A stretch of 64,000 nt of DNA. Source: a virus. Its lineage: Duplodnaviria > Caudoviricetes. The notes under the pieces were generated by a model. The model worked only from the letters and a program-made list of their open reading frames with translations, made no database searches and was not told the DNA's origin. The DNA lies in the IMG/VR virus record IMGVR_UViG_3300032272_000005, positions 23,333 through 87,332 of that record; one strand, written 5' to 3'. A program made the translations under genes and the position numbers. Below are positions 8,015 to 17,421 of this stretch, in pieces (the first letter of the stretch is position 1; every line of letters starts with the position of its first letter).

Positions 8015-8401
8015 TTATTTTCTCCTAATGGAAGCCACGCTCATGGATCGCACTCGATGATTGTTGGATACTCCTGCCATGATCAGGTTCCAGTTAATTC
8101 TCATATATGTGTTGGCATCTTCAACTGTATTAAACAGCTTTGCCACGGCTACGTTTCTGTAGCGGTTGTAGTCGGTATGAGGTTTAGGTTTTGGCGTCTT
8201 GGTGGATACCGATATATAGTATTGCACCCGTTCGAAGTTCAAAGCGTTTCTGTGCGTCTCACAGAGCCTATCGCCCTTGCTGGCGGTTCGCTTGCACTGC
8301 TGACTGTCAGAATTTTTGCTGCGTTTGGTTTGAGCCTCACACTGCTTTCCACAAGGTCGGGGGTGTGCCCCTTTACGGGTTCCTCGGATAAACGGCCTCA
8401 T
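8015..8401 (-). CDS. Cys/His Zn-binding hypothetical protein
   Basis: CEAQT...QQC...CETH motif; start refined to ATGA overlap. Confidence 0.55.
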   Translation of the reverse strand: MRPFIRGTRKGAHPRPCGKQCEAQTKRSKNSDSQQCKRTASKGDRLCETHRNALNFERVQYYISVSTKTPKPKPHTDYNRYRNVAVAKLFNTVEDANTYMRINWNLIMAGVSNNHRVRSMSVASIRRK

Positions 8402-8607
8402 TGAGTATTCTCCCAGCCAGCAGCAGAAATTCGAAGCTGCCGATTTACGTTGTGGGTATCTATGATCCAGTACCAGTTCGAATGTGGGTTGGCATACACA
8501 GCCGCGATCTTCCATTTCTTGCCAGCCAGCAGATTGGGTAATCCGTCTGGGCGGTCAGTAAAGAACTTGGTCGTGCCAGCTTTGTATATGGGGGTTTCAT
8601 CAGGCAC
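8398..8607 (-). CDS. Hypothetical protein
   Basis: Tiles with neighbours. Confidence 0.55.
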   Translation of the reverse strand: MPDETPIYKAGTTKFFTDRPDGLPNLLAGKKWKIAAVYANPHSNWYWIIDTHNVNRQLRISAAGWENTQ

Positions 8608-8684
8608 GGAAAATATACCAGAAAAAGGAAACCCAAAGGGCTATGCCTAGTATAAAGGCGATGTTGAATATCCGTCGCAGGTTT

Positions 8685-8909
8685 CTATCGCGTTTGCTCA
8701 TGTTTGTACCCCAATATAATTGCAGCGTGTTCACCTTTTCTGGCTTCCAGGTGTGATAAGCGGCCTCTCGTTTTGATGTCAATCATTCTGGCCCCTAAAT
8801 CGTCAGCCCCACCATATTCGTCGAACAGCTTTTCGATCTCACGTTGATAGAACTTGAATTTCCGGTCGTGCAGCCAAATCAGGATGCTGATGCGTAAATT
8901 ATATAGCAT
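8685..8909 (-). CDS. Hypothetical protein
   Basis: Downstream of promoter at 9102-9107 and a short membrane ORF. Confidence 0.5.
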   Translation of the reverse strand: MLYNLRISILIWLHDRKFKFYQREIEKLFDEYGGADDLGARMIDIKTRGRLSHLEARKGEHAAIILGYKHEQTR

Positions 8910-9121
8910 TATCGACCCGTCATTAAATCAGCGTAGATGTATGAACCCAACGCGGCTAGAATTAAGACCGCACCAGTAAAGTCGCCAAAGTCAGCCCAAG
9001 ATGAAAATTGTGTTTGGTTTGCGATAATAAAGTCCATTGTTTTTCTCCAGTGTGGTTTAAGTTGGTGTTTGTATCCCTAACATAATCCCCTGCAATTAGT
9101 TTGTCAACCCTATATGTGCAA

Positions 9122-9337
9122 TTAATTTGATCTTGAGTTCACCAGTGTTTTACGGTGCTTGGCAGATCGGGGTTTAGGTTTGTTGTGCCCGATATGCCAA
9201 GCCTCACATTCCCTGCACTTGTACGCCCCGAATTTACCCCGCTGTTTGTTTCCCTTGCGAATGATCAGACCCTTCAAAGCACGGGTTGCACGGCCTTGGG
9301 TTTTATATGCATGTTTACCGTCACAACCTCTAGCCAT
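9122..9337 (-). CDS. Small Zn-finger protein (C..K..Y ... AYKCxxCxxWH)
   Basis: Recognisable phage Zn-finger pattern. Confidence 0.7.
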   Translation of the reverse strand: MARGCDGKHAYKTQGRATRALKGLIIRKGNKQRGKFGAYKCRECEAWHIGHNKPKPRSAKHRKTLVNSRSN

Positions 9338-9340
9338 GAT

Positions 9341-9613
9341 CTACCGTAAATCCTCGTTACGTGTTTCCAGAATGCTGTTTTGGAGTGCCCTCACCAGAGT
9401 GGTCAGGATGCGCCGTGAGCGGCCTTTACCAAAGAACGTCCACCCCATTGCCCGATCTAGGGCCAGAGCCGCCTCTTGAGCCTCTCCCAACGCCTGAACC
9501 CGTGATAGACGTGCGGCCTCATACACTAACCGTTGCAGGTTCCGCGCAACCCCCTCATCCAGCAATAGGATCATTTCGGGTGGCAGCTTGTATTGTTTTT
9601 TGTTCAGGCTCAT
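9341..9613 (-). CDS. Hypothetical protein
   Basis: ATGA overlap with upstream gene. Confidence 0.6.
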   Translation of the reverse strand: MSLNKKQYKLPPEMILLLDEGVARNLQRLVYEAARLSRVQALGEAQEAALALDRAMGWTFFGKGRSRRILTTLVRALQNSILETRNEDLR

Positions 9614-10197
9614 GGCATTTCATCCAGTGCGGCGTCTGCATCTGACTGGATGTTCTCATGGGCACTTTCATGCTCAGACATGGCTTCATCATATTCGTCT
9701 TGTTTCAGTTGATGATCGGATAAGGCTTCTTCATATTCTTCGTCAGTGTTGAAGTCGCCTTCGGGTGGTTCCAGTTCTGTGAAAGGATTTGGTTCATCCA
9801 GATCATCCATTTCCTGTGCACATGTATCAAGCGCATCTGCGCACGTCTCACAGGCGTCGATCCGCTCTTGGAGCATTTGCCCCGTTTCACCTTCCTGCAA
9901 CCCCTCTGGCATGGCTTCCAAACTGTTCTGGCATTCCTCTCCGATTTCTCGGATGCTGTCGGCAGCGGATGTGATGTCCTCAGACATTTTCGCGCTCTCG
10001 TTCCATGCTTCCTGAGTGCAGAACCAGCCGCCCTTGAAAGCGGATGTGGTTAACTCTGATTGCTTGAACGGTTTCAGTGATCGTTTGACGATCCCGCCCC
10101 GTTGCAACTTCAAAGACGTATAGTAATACATGTCGCCTTTCTTGATCCCGTTGTCAGGGTAATCTTTCCGCGCTTTGCGGTATTGTACTCTTGGCAT
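9610..10197 (-). CDS. Hypothetical protein, basic N-terminus and highly acidic helical C-terminus
   Basis: GGAGAAG RBS before MPRVQY; D/E-rich tail. Confidence 0.75.
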   Translation of the reverse strand: MPRVQYRKARKDYPDNGIKKGDMYYYTSLKLQRGGIVKRSLKPFKQSELTTSAFKGGWFCTQEAWNESAKMSEDITSAADSIREIGEECQNSLEAMPEGLQEGETGQMLQERIDACETCADALDTCAQEMDDLDEPNPFTELEPPEGDFNTDEEYEEALSDHQLKQDEYDEAMSEHESAHENIQSDADAALDEMP

Positions 10198-10210
10198 TAT
10201 CTTCTCCAGT

Positions 10211-10396
10211 TTATCTTTGAGTAAAGCACTCTTTGGTTTCAATTTCGTTCAATTCTAATTTGCAGTGTTTGCAGATAGCGCAACCGTCCATACCTTTGAT
10301 CCAGTGATGTACCCCGTTCTTTATTTTCGGGCATGTATAACACCATCTGTCGATCATCGGTTCCGCCTGTTTAAAGCATAGCTTATGTCTTTGCAT
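10211..10396 (-). CDS. Cys/His-rich small protein
   Basis: ORF track, tiling. Confidence 0.4.
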   Translation of the reverse strand: MQRHKLCFKQAEPMIDRWCYTCPKIKNGVHHWIKGMDGCAICKHCKLELNEIETKECFTQR

Positions 10397-10523
10397 TTCA
10401 CTTCTGGTATCTCATCAAACCTCTGATCCACATAGTAAACACGACAGGCATTTCGAAGTGGCTTTAGATGAGTTACCAGACAGGGGTTCACCCATATGTG
10501 CAGTATGAGAACTAAAGAACAGA

Positions 10524-10775
10524 TCATATCTCAAAATCCAGTTTGGCACATGCAGATACAAATACACTGTAGGGTTCGGGTGCCATAGCGGATGCATCGA
10601 AATCAAAGAATTTGACCGCATTGGCTTTCATAAAGGCTGCGGCTGTTGGCGCGTCACCAAGCACAAGAACCAGATGCCCTTGGACATGTTGAACCTCCAA
10701 TTCAAAACGCTCAGATAGAACATTATAAATCAGGGTCAAGAACTGTGGGTTTGATAATGGGTTAAACAGGCTCAT
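10524..10775 (-). CDS. Hypothetical protein
   Basis: ATGA overlap. Confidence 0.5.
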   Translation of the reverse strand: MSLFNPLSNPQFLTLIYNVLSERFELEVQHVQGHLVLVLGDAPTAAAFMKANAVKFFDFDASAMAPEPYSVFVSACAKLDFEI

Positions 10776-10969
10776 GCGGTTGCCCTCCGACGTATTTCCA
10801 TTTGATAGGTCGCGGCTTGGTCAGAATAATAACCTTCCAGATCAGGGTTCCAGCCGCGCATTGCGATTTCAGCTTCGCGGCAGTCTTCTACGATGTGGGT
10901 GAGTTCTGAGTTGGATGCACGTTTAGCCAAATTTTCCCAAAGTGTCCAAGGTGTTTCGCGTAGTGACAT
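10772..10969 (-). CDS. Small hypothetical protein
   Basis: GGAGG RBS, promoter at 11028-11033. Confidence 0.7.
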   Translation of the reverse strand: MSLRETPWTLWENLAKRASNSELTHIVEDCREAEIAMRGWNPDLEGYYSDQAATYQMEIRRRATA

Positions 10970-11061
10970 GTTGTTGATCCTCCAAGATCGGTTGGTGTAG
11001 CCCTACCTTAAACCCCCATAAATAGTTTGTCAACCACTAATTTGATCTTGAGTTCACTTAG

Positions 11062-11661
11062 TTATTCTAGGGTGTTATTCCACCCGCCAGATATGTGGGC
11101 TATAACGTAATCCACCCCATAGATGTCTACATTGCTATCACACGTTATCCAGATTTCTATCCCACCAGCATCTATGACTTGTTGGGTGAATGGTATCATT
11201 GAAATTTGAGATACTCTGTGAAGATTGTTACCGCCCTTTGTGAAGGGTACAATGTGACTTGACAGAGGTATCCCACTATCAGCAAGCCGCCCTTCGATGG
11301 TATATTGCAGAGCGGGGTTGCCACCTTCAGCCCAGAAGTCAAGTTCTATGATGTGCAAATGGCCTCCACTGTCGGCCTCAAATATCTGGGTGGTGGTGTT
11401 GTATAGATTGTGTCCTCTGGCGTGATCCTGATCGCCCAGTGCCCCGTCATTGTAGACTTTCTGAGCAACGTCCGCTACCAATATCTGTGGATCACTTTGA
11501 TCGTGGCCCTGATCGCGGTAGAATGCCCAAGTATCATTATCTACAAGATCGTTGTGATCTACAATAATATTGCGAACCGATTTCGCCAGTTCATTTAACC
11601 AGTTCTTGTAGACGTCGCTTTCGACATCATACGGGTAGTCTGTAATGGGAGTTACGGGCAT
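11062..11661 (-). CDS. Putative virion/fibre-associated beta-sandwich protein
   Basis: 199 aa; composition resembles tail-fibre/decoration domains; isolated among early genes. Confidence 0.4.
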   Translation of the reverse strand: MPVTPITDYPYDVESDVYKNWLNELAKSVRNIIVDHNDLVDNDTWAFYRDQGHDQSDPQILVADVAQKVYNDGALGDQDHARGHNLYNTTTQIFEADSGGHLHIIELDFWAEGGNPALQYTIEGRLADSGIPLSSHIVPFTKGGNNLHRVSQISMIPFTQQVIDAGGIEIWITCDSNVDIYGVDYVIAHISGGWNNTLE

Positions 11662-11840
11662 GATGTCGAGCCTTTGTATTAGCGCAAGAATACGCGGAAG
11701 ATTTCAAACGCGACTAAGCCCGTGGCAACCCAAAAAGAAACTGAGCCGCCCATGAAAGGTGCATTCATCCAGTCTTGCCATTTTTTCCAGTAAGTCATTT
11801 GTTCACTCCAGTTGTGTCTGGGGATCGTAGCCGTGGTGTT

Positions 11841-12092
11841 TTAATCTGTCAAGTTGGCTTCATCTTTGTAGTTCCGTAACGCCTTTTTAACCTTGTCGAT
11901 TTGATCCTGTAAATCAAAAGCCATCTTCTTCAGGATCACACGGGGACGGGTGCCGCTTGAATGTGTCTTGTGTGCGATTTTAACAGTGTGTAGGGCCGCG
12001 TTAAGCCCCGCTGCGTACCCGCGTGCATATTTCTTTGCGCCGTAGTTCCTTACCGCGCCGTCAGTTCGTGATGTTGGCATTTTCTCGGCCAT
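11841..12092 (-). CDS. Hypothetical basic protein
   Basis: GGAG RBS before MAEKMP. Confidence 0.55.
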   Translation of the reverse strand: MAEKMPTSRTDGAVRNYGAKKYARGYAAGLNAALHTVKIAHKTHSSGTRPRVILKKMAFDLQDQIDKVKKALRNYKDEANLTD

Positions 12093-12136
12093 TGTATTCT
12101 CCATAGTTGTAAGGTGCCCCCACCTAAGTTTACAGA

Positions 12137-12730
12137 TTACTTGTTGTAACCTTTGCAAAACTCTTTCATTTCAGAGTTGTTGCGGACACGGCGCATGAAG
12201 CACGTCTGCTTTTTGGCAGCGGTCTTCAATCCAATGTTGTTCAACAAAGATGCTTCGGCCCGAATGTTACAGTTGCGACTGTCAAAGGTTACACCGAATG
12301 CGCCCTGTGAATTAGAACCGCCAGCGGAATTACCACAGACAGGCGTGTCCAAGCCGACATAGTTGGAACCTTCCACGTTAGACGTGATGGTCGTAGTTTG
12401 CTTGTTCGCTTGTTTGGTATTCTGCGATTGGGCTTGGCCCTGTGCTTGACCTTGGCCTTGGGCCTGTCCCTGTTTGGCAGAACCGCCGTAAGCCGTGTTC
12501 TTGTTGGTGTTGCGGTTGGAATTCGAATTATTGTTAAAGTTCGCATTCAGGTTTGCGTTCTTATTCGAATTGTGATTGGCATTGGAATTTTTGTTCCAGT
12601 TGCCATTGGCGTTCAGGTTATATGAGACTACATCAATGTCGCCCCCCTCGCCACCACGCCCACCAGCATTCGCTGTGAAAGCAGTTAGTGATAGTGCCAG
12701 CATGGCACCCATTAAGATGATACTTTTCAT
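12137..12730 (-). CDS. Exported Asn/Gln-rich low-complexity protein with Cys-containing C-terminal domain
   Basis: Sec signal (..TANA|), N-x-N run, QGQAQG repeats, 4 Cys; GAAAGGA RBS. Confidence 0.75.
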   Translation of the reverse strand: MKSIILMGAMLALSLTAFTANAGGRGGEGGDIDVVSYNLNANGNWNKNSNANHNSNKNANLNANFNNNSNSNRNTNKNTAYGGSAKQGQAQGQGQAQGQAQSQNTKQANKQTTTITSNVEGSNYVGLDTPVCGNSAGGSNSQGAFGVTFDSRNCNIRAEASLLNNIGLKTAAKKQTCFMRRVRNNSEMKEFCKGYNK

Positions 12731-12863
12731 ATCGGTTCCTTTCTGATTATCCCCTCTAGGGAGTAGAGCAACATGCTCTGGATGTGCAATCTTCCACCAG
12801 AATATGTTGTGATCTTGAGATCATTGCACCTGCGTTCGCTCTCGTCGAGCAGGTGCAATGATA

Positions 12864-13076
12864 TTACCATTCGCCCCAACCAGCGGAACGTGAGGCTTCG
12901 TTATCGGCCTTGATGGTGGCCTCTTGACGGTTGATTTCCCGCATCTGTGCAGGATCGGACAAACAATCATCACAGATAGCGCGGCCCCCAGTGACAGTAG
13001 TATTGCCACATTTGATCGGCCTCATTGAGCCGTGGTATCCCCTTGGAACCCATTGTTCAGTCATGTTATCGCACAT
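12864..13076 (-). CDS. Small Cys-containing hypothetical protein
   Basis: TTGGAGA RBS, promoter at 13133-13138. Confidence 0.6.
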   Translation of the reverse strand: MCDNMTEQWVPRGYHGSMRPIKCGNTTVTGGRAICDDCLSDPAQMREINRQEATIKADNEASRSAGWGEW

Positions 13077-13112
13077 TTGTTAGTCTCCAAATTGGTGTTA
13101 GGTTTGTCTTAC

Positions 13113-13667
13113 TTAAATCCCTGCAATGGGTTTGTCAACCCCCATAGGTGTTCCAGTAATGATTGCAAGTAACGCTTCTGATTTATTGACAAGACCATTA
13201 CCCGCTCTTGTAGCACCCTTGTCCAGCAAGGCATCATATAGCAAGTCACGTTCCCTTTCGGTAAAATAGAAGGCGACGCAGCGATCTGCCAAAGCCTCTT
13301 TACCCGCTGCGAGACGTCTGAGGTTTTCCAAGGATGTGCTTTGTATCTCCCGTATGGTCATACGTTCACGGATGTCGAACCCGCGTTCAGCACTCAGCAA
13401 AACTTCACGCGCCTTACGGATACCAAGTTCCAGTATATCCTCTAGGCTAATCAGCTTATCTTTAAGCCCGTTCCATACGTTAAGTTGAATGTATATCTGG
13501 CGTTTAGATACGCCTATGATGTCCGCAATTTCTTGGCTATCCATGCCATAATCTCGCAAGACGCTTATGAGAAAACCAATCTCGATACTGTTCTTAGTTG
13601 TTTTGCGGTTTAGACTTTTGAGTTTTTGAATGGCTTCTTCTAAATTCAGGGGTCTTGTATAGTTCAT
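13113..13667 (-). CDS. HTH DNA-binding protein (ParB/KorB-like HTH region)
   Basis: GMDSQEIADIIGVSKRQIYIQL helix-turn-helix; own promoter at 13723-13728. Confidence 0.7.
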   Translation of the reverse strand: MNYTRPLNLEEAIQKLKSLNRKTTKNSIEIGFLISVLRDYGMDSQEIADIIGVSKRQIYIQLNVWNGLKDKLISLEDILELGIRKAREVLLSAERGFDIRERMTIREIQSTSLENLRRLAAGKEALADRCVAFYFTERERDLLYDALLDKGATRAGNGLVNKSEALLAIITGTPMGVDKPIAGI

Positions 13668-13716
13668 TGTTGCTCTCCAAAGCGGTGATAGGTGCCCCTT
13701 GTATATTCCCCTGTGA

Positions 13717-13962
13717 TTAGTTTGTCAACCCCTTTGGTCTTAGCCGTGGTTTGGCATACCCTGACGGGAAGGTGCTTTCGTGACACTGTAAAATCCAGGC
13801 GGACTTGGCAAGCCCACTTGGAAAATACTCTTTCTCTTTGGCAGGTATATCATCACCACAAGCCTTGTAGATTGGGTACATCTTGAGTGGTATGGTCGTG
13901 TCATGGCTGGGGTTAAAGGCCACCAGTGTACTCCAGAATGCTGTCTTGAGAACACTTAGCAT
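13717..13962 (-). CDS. Hypothetical protein
   Basis: AAGGAG RBS before MLSVLK. Confidence 0.5.
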   Translation of the reverse strand: MLSVLKTAFWSTLVAFNPSHDTTIPLKMYPIYKACGDDIPAKEKEYFPSGLAKSAWILQCHESTFPSGYAKPRLRPKGLTN

Positions 13963-13963
13963 G

Positions 13964-14167
13964 TCAAATCTCCTTGTACAAAGATATGGTGATCTTGTGG
14001 TAGTCCACGTTCCCCAGTTCGCCCATACTCTGGGGTCGGATTGTGTCAAGATTGGCGTGAACCGTTAGGCCCCGTCGTGCGGCCTCAGTAAGCAACCCAT
14101 TCAGGTGCGTGACATGTTCTTTAATAGACCCTACGATAATCGCTTCTGATGCTTCGGAAAGTTTCAT
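13964..14167 (-). CDS. Hypothetical protein
   Basis: ATGA overlap. Confidence 0.6.
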   Translation of the reverse strand: MKLSEASEAIIVGSIKEHVTHLNGLLTEAARRGLTVHANLDTIRPQSMGELGNVDYHKITISLYKEI

Positions 14168-14478
14168 ATCGGTTTACCTCCACTTGCATAGATACGGGCC
14201 ATGCTGATCATACCCTTGATCTGGTTGTCTTGGGCAATGAATTGCGCGTCCCGTGTTGACAGCATAGTTTGCAGCATATCGTGCTTGCTTTGCAAATCAG
14301 CAAGGGCATCATCCGCTGCCTTTAGTTTAGACACATAGTCAAACGAAGCTTTCTGGTAAGCAACATTCTTTTCCTGCTCTGCAATAAGCATCCCCCGTAT
14401 ATGATCAAGCGATTTATCCTTGCGTTTGATGGCTTTTTCCAGATTATCAATCACGGTCAAATCATTCTTGGAAGTCAT
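14164..14478 (-). CDS. Coiled-coil hypothetical protein
   Basis: ATGA overlap with 14475-14984. Confidence 0.6.
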   Translation of the reverse strand: MTSKNDLTVIDNLEKAIKRKDKSLDHIRGMLIAEQEKNVAYQKASFDYVSKLKAADDALADLQSKHDMLQTMLSTRDAQFIAQDNQIKGMISMARIYASGGKPI

Positions 14479-14984
14479 GATCTTTTCCCCTTGCTGGCGA
14501 ATGCACATACCACAGACATTAGCGTCTCTTTACGCGCTATCTCCCCACGATGCTGCACCCGTAAATCGGCAAGAACCTTCGTGGCACTTTCCAACCCAGC
14601 TTGGATTTTATCCAGTTTCTTTTCGAGTGCATCACATTTGTCCACGGCTGCGCCCAAGCGTTTCTGCGTATTTTCCAGTTCCGCGTTCCGTTGTGACAGC
14701 CGTTCAGTCGTGGCAGCGTGGGCCTCTTTCTCGGCTTCATAGTGGGACTTGTAATCCTCTATCTGCGCTTCAAGTATGCGCTTCTGAGTGGGCGTCATAT
14801 TGGCTTCACCCGTCACAGGAATTTCCATTGCTAGTTCTGCAACTTCCTGTGCCCGTTCCTTGCTCGGTTGGGGTGGGTTGCGGCCCGTGTGTATGGTTGG
14901 TTCAGGCCCCCTGTTGACCGCCACAACACTTTCAGTTGGGTGCGTCTCGTCAATTGGGTGGTCAGGTGATTTATTAGTAGCCAT
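14475..14984 (-). CDS. Coiled-coil hypothetical protein
   Basis: AGGAG RBS; heptad-rich. Confidence 0.7.
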   Translation of the reverse strand: MATNKSPDHPIDETHPTESVVAVNRGPEPTIHTGRNPPQPSKERAQEVAELAMEIPVTGEANMTPTQKRILEAQIEDYKSHYEAEKEAHAATTERLSQRNAELENTQKRLGAAVDKCDALEKKLDKIQAGLESATKVLADLRVQHRGEIARKETLMSVVCAFASKGKRS

Positions 14985-15003
14985 GGTTTTCTCCTATGAG
15001 GGT

Positions 15004-15276
15004 TTAGTCATTGTTCATGCGGTCTGCGAATGAGCCGCCGATTGGTAATCCAATTATTGCAGCCGCGTCTGCCAAGTCTAATGGTAGCAGCGGTGGTAAT
15101 GGGTCTTGGCCTGATCCAATCAGGTAGATGTCAAAGATGGGGCGTGCCAGATAGCGAAAGGCAATGATTGCAACCACTACCCATCCAGCCGTGACGCGCC
15201 ATTTAATTGATCTGAATGCGAGTACCATGTCAGGGTCGCGTGTAGGTATTACCATTCTTGGGTCATTGTCTTCCAT
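15004..15276 (-). CDS. Holin-like membrane protein (GTA 3TM holin-like)
   Basis: WRxxxGW...RP...LPxLD...IIGLxxGGS pattern resembles the 3TM holin family. Confidence 0.5.
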   Translation of the reverse strand: MEDNDPRMVIPTRDPDMVLAFRSIKWRVTAGWVVVAIIAFRYLARPIFDIYLIGSGQDPLPPLLPLDLADAAAIIGLPIGGSFADRMNND

Positions 15277-15545
15277 TAGTAATCATCCTCTCTTTGCATC
15301 CACTCAGGGACATAATTGGCCCCGTCACCTTCATAGATGTCGGGTCTTTTGTAATCAGACATAGGGTGCTTGATTTCGATTTCTGTTTCGACGAACACGC
15401 GCCCGTGACAATGGTTGCAGCGTTTGGCGTCAAATGCGGCCCATGTAGGGACTTTCATGCAGGATATGCACACCTTTGCCACGCCAAGCTGGACAGGCTG
15501 TAAGGGATCGACTGAGGGCGTCTTGGCTATGGTTTCAGAACACAT
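15276..15545 (-). CDS. Zn-ribbon protein (CxxC...CxxC)
   Basis: TAATG overlap downstream; start refined from 15626. Confidence 0.5.
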   Translation of the reverse strand: MCSETIAKTPSVDPLQPVQLGVAKVCISCMKVPTWAAFDAKRCNHCHGRVFVETEIEIKHPMSDYKRPDIYEGDGANYVPEWMQREDDY

Positions 15546-15783
15546 GGTAGTGTCTCCCTGTGTCAGCAAATATTTTATGAATGATGTTGATCTTGCCTTC
15601 CGCCATTTCTTCCAGCGTTTCCTCATTGACGTAATTGATATTCAGCCATGCATCCACCAGCCGAACGTGGCGGCAATCCTGATCTTCCTTATTAAGCGGC
15701 AAGACCGTGATCGGATATGTCTCCAGTAGAGCAAGGGCATTCCTGCGAACCTTGTCCATAGAGATTTGGTTTGTGTAGGTCAT
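15535..15783 (-). CDS. Hypothetical protein
   Basis: ATGA overlap. Confidence 0.55.
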   Translation of the reverse strand: MTYTNQISMDKVRRNALALLETYPITVLPLNKEDQDCRHVRLVDAWLNINYVNEETLEEMAEGKINIIHKIFADTGRHYHVF

Positions 15784-15983
15784 ACCGTCTTCCCATAATT
15801 AAGTGTGGCGTCGGGTGCAGACATAGTTACCCATCCCTTCACATGGGGGTAGCATCCTTTACCGCACGATGGGCAGTAAGACGGGAAGCGGGGGTTCACC
15901 CAGCAAAGCAGATGCCCACAACACTCCATATGGAATAGTCGGAAGGGTACACGTTCCTTTGAGTGGTTTGATTTGGTAGGCAT
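15780..15983 (-). CDS. Zn-ribbon protein (CC...CPSC)
   Basis: TTGGAGA RBS, promoter at 16030-16035. Confidence 0.6.
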   Translation of the reverse strand: MPTKSNHSKERVPFRLFHMECCGHLLCWVNPRFPSYCPSCGKGCYPHVKGWVTMSAPDATLNYGKTV

Positions 15984-16064
15984 TGTAATCTCCAATAGGT
16001 GTGTCTTTGGTAATCCCCTATTTTTAGTTTGTCAACCCCCCACGCATGGGAGGCCGACTTTTGT

Positions 16065-16436
16065 TTAGATGGCTTTGGCCTTGGTGTATTCAGCCAGTTT
16101 ATATTTGGGTACTTTGGTTCCGTCTTCAAAGGTGGCAGGGAATTCCCCGTCTTTCGGATAGGCCCAAGTACGATCCATCAATTCTTCATGGCCCCCTTTG
16201 GGTCGGCCCTGTTCACATTCGAATACATCCCGTACCAATACCAGTTCCCAGTGTTCCCCGTCTTCTGCGTCCCACGGTGGGTTTAGGTTTTCGAGTTTGT
16301 CAAAATGGTAATGATCTTGGATGTCGCCAGATGCGGTATCCACCCTTTCCCAGTCCCATTCATACGCGACCATATTAACGAACTTGACATCTACGGCGGG
16401 GCCTATGCCCCTAACCATCATTTTGTAGCCAGCCAT
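16065..16436 (-). CDS. Acidic hypothetical protein
   Basis: TAATG overlap. Confidence 0.7.
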   Translation of the reverse strand: MAGYKMMVRGIGPAVDVKFVNMVAYEWDWERVDTASGDIQDHYHFDKLENLNPPWDAEDGEHWELVLVRDVFECEQGRPKGGHEELMDRTWAYPKDGEFPATFEDGTKVPKYKLAEYTKAKAI

Positions 16437-16639
16437 TAGGAAGGCACCTTCTCGAATTCAGCAAACTCGCCAGCACGGATGTCAATGCCTTGGATGTTTA
16501 TATCCCGCAATCTACGGGCGTCTTCATCGCTTCCGCAGGTAAAGGTTAATTCGGTTCCCCCATCAATCACCATCTTTATAAAGTAATCGCGGGGTAGGCT
16601 TTTACGGCATAGATTATGTAGTGGTTTTAAAGTATTCAT
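16436..16639 (-). CDS. Hypothetical protein
   Basis: TTGGAGA RBS, promoter at 16712-16717. Confidence 0.65.
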   Translation of the reverse strand: MNTLKPLHNLCRKSLPRDYFIKMVIDGGTELTFTCGSDEDARRLRDINIQGIDIRAGEFAEFEKVPS

Positions 16640-16737
16640 TGATAATCTCCAAATGTGGTGTTGTCCTACATCGTCGTAGAATACCCTTAGTATACCCCCC
16701 TACATTTGGTTTGTCAACCCCCGTGATCTTGAGTTCA

Positions 16738-17421
16738 CTAATAAGGTTTGATCATATCGGGTGTTAGAACACCATCCCACTTGGTTTTCTTTGTGAACAA
16801 CCCAAGCTGTGTATCCATCCTGATATTCTTGGTTCGCTTGCGCCATGTCCATAAGGTCGCCTGTATATCACACGGCGGTATATCGGTGCTACGGGTAAGT
16901 GCTCTTACGGCCTTCTCTACTTCAGTATAAAGCGGCCCACCCCCACGCAGTTTGAAGTTGGCTTCTTTCATGTTCATATCTTCACCACAGGCAATAGCAA
17001 TCATATGCCCGTCAACCGTGACCAGTTTGCTATCCCCCAGATACAGAATATTGTCTCGGAATGCAGTAATCTTGCGGCCTTTGACCTTATCCAGAAATGA
17101 TACCTCGCCTGTCAGATAGCCCCATGCCCGTTGCCCACAACTTCTGTAAGTGCTGATTATGCAATCATCGAATGTCTTGCCCGTTGTCAGGGCTTGCAGG
17201 ATGCTCACCAAGCTGCGCAGGTTGCCGTGGTAATCATTGTTCGGAGACAACGCTACAAACGCCTCCACGGTGGGGATGAATGGCACTTTGTAATGCTCGG
17301 CAATCCCGCGTAAGGTTTTCTGATATACGGGGTAGGCGGCTCTGCCCATCTGTAAATCAATCGGGTCGATCTCATCCCACGCCTTGCTTATGTTCTTTTT
17401 ATAATCGTAAGCGTATGCCAT
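16738..17421 (-). CDS. Helical phage protein with HhH-GPD/EndoIII-like VTVDxH motif (putative DNA glycosylase-like)
   Basis: ALSP...KITAF...VTVDGH...QATLW pattern. Confidence 0.5.
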   Translation of the reverse strand: MAYAYDYKKNISKAWDEIDPIDLQMGRAAYPVYQKTLRGIAEHYKVPFIPTVEAFVALSPNNDYHGNLRSLVSILQALTTGKTFDDCIISTYRSCGQRAWGYLTGEVSFLDKVKGRKITAFRDNILYLGDSKLVTVDGHMIAIACGEDMNMKEANFKLRGGGPLYTEVEKAVRALTRSTDIPPCDIQATLWTWRKRTKNIRMDTQLGLFTKKTKWDGVLTPDMIKPY

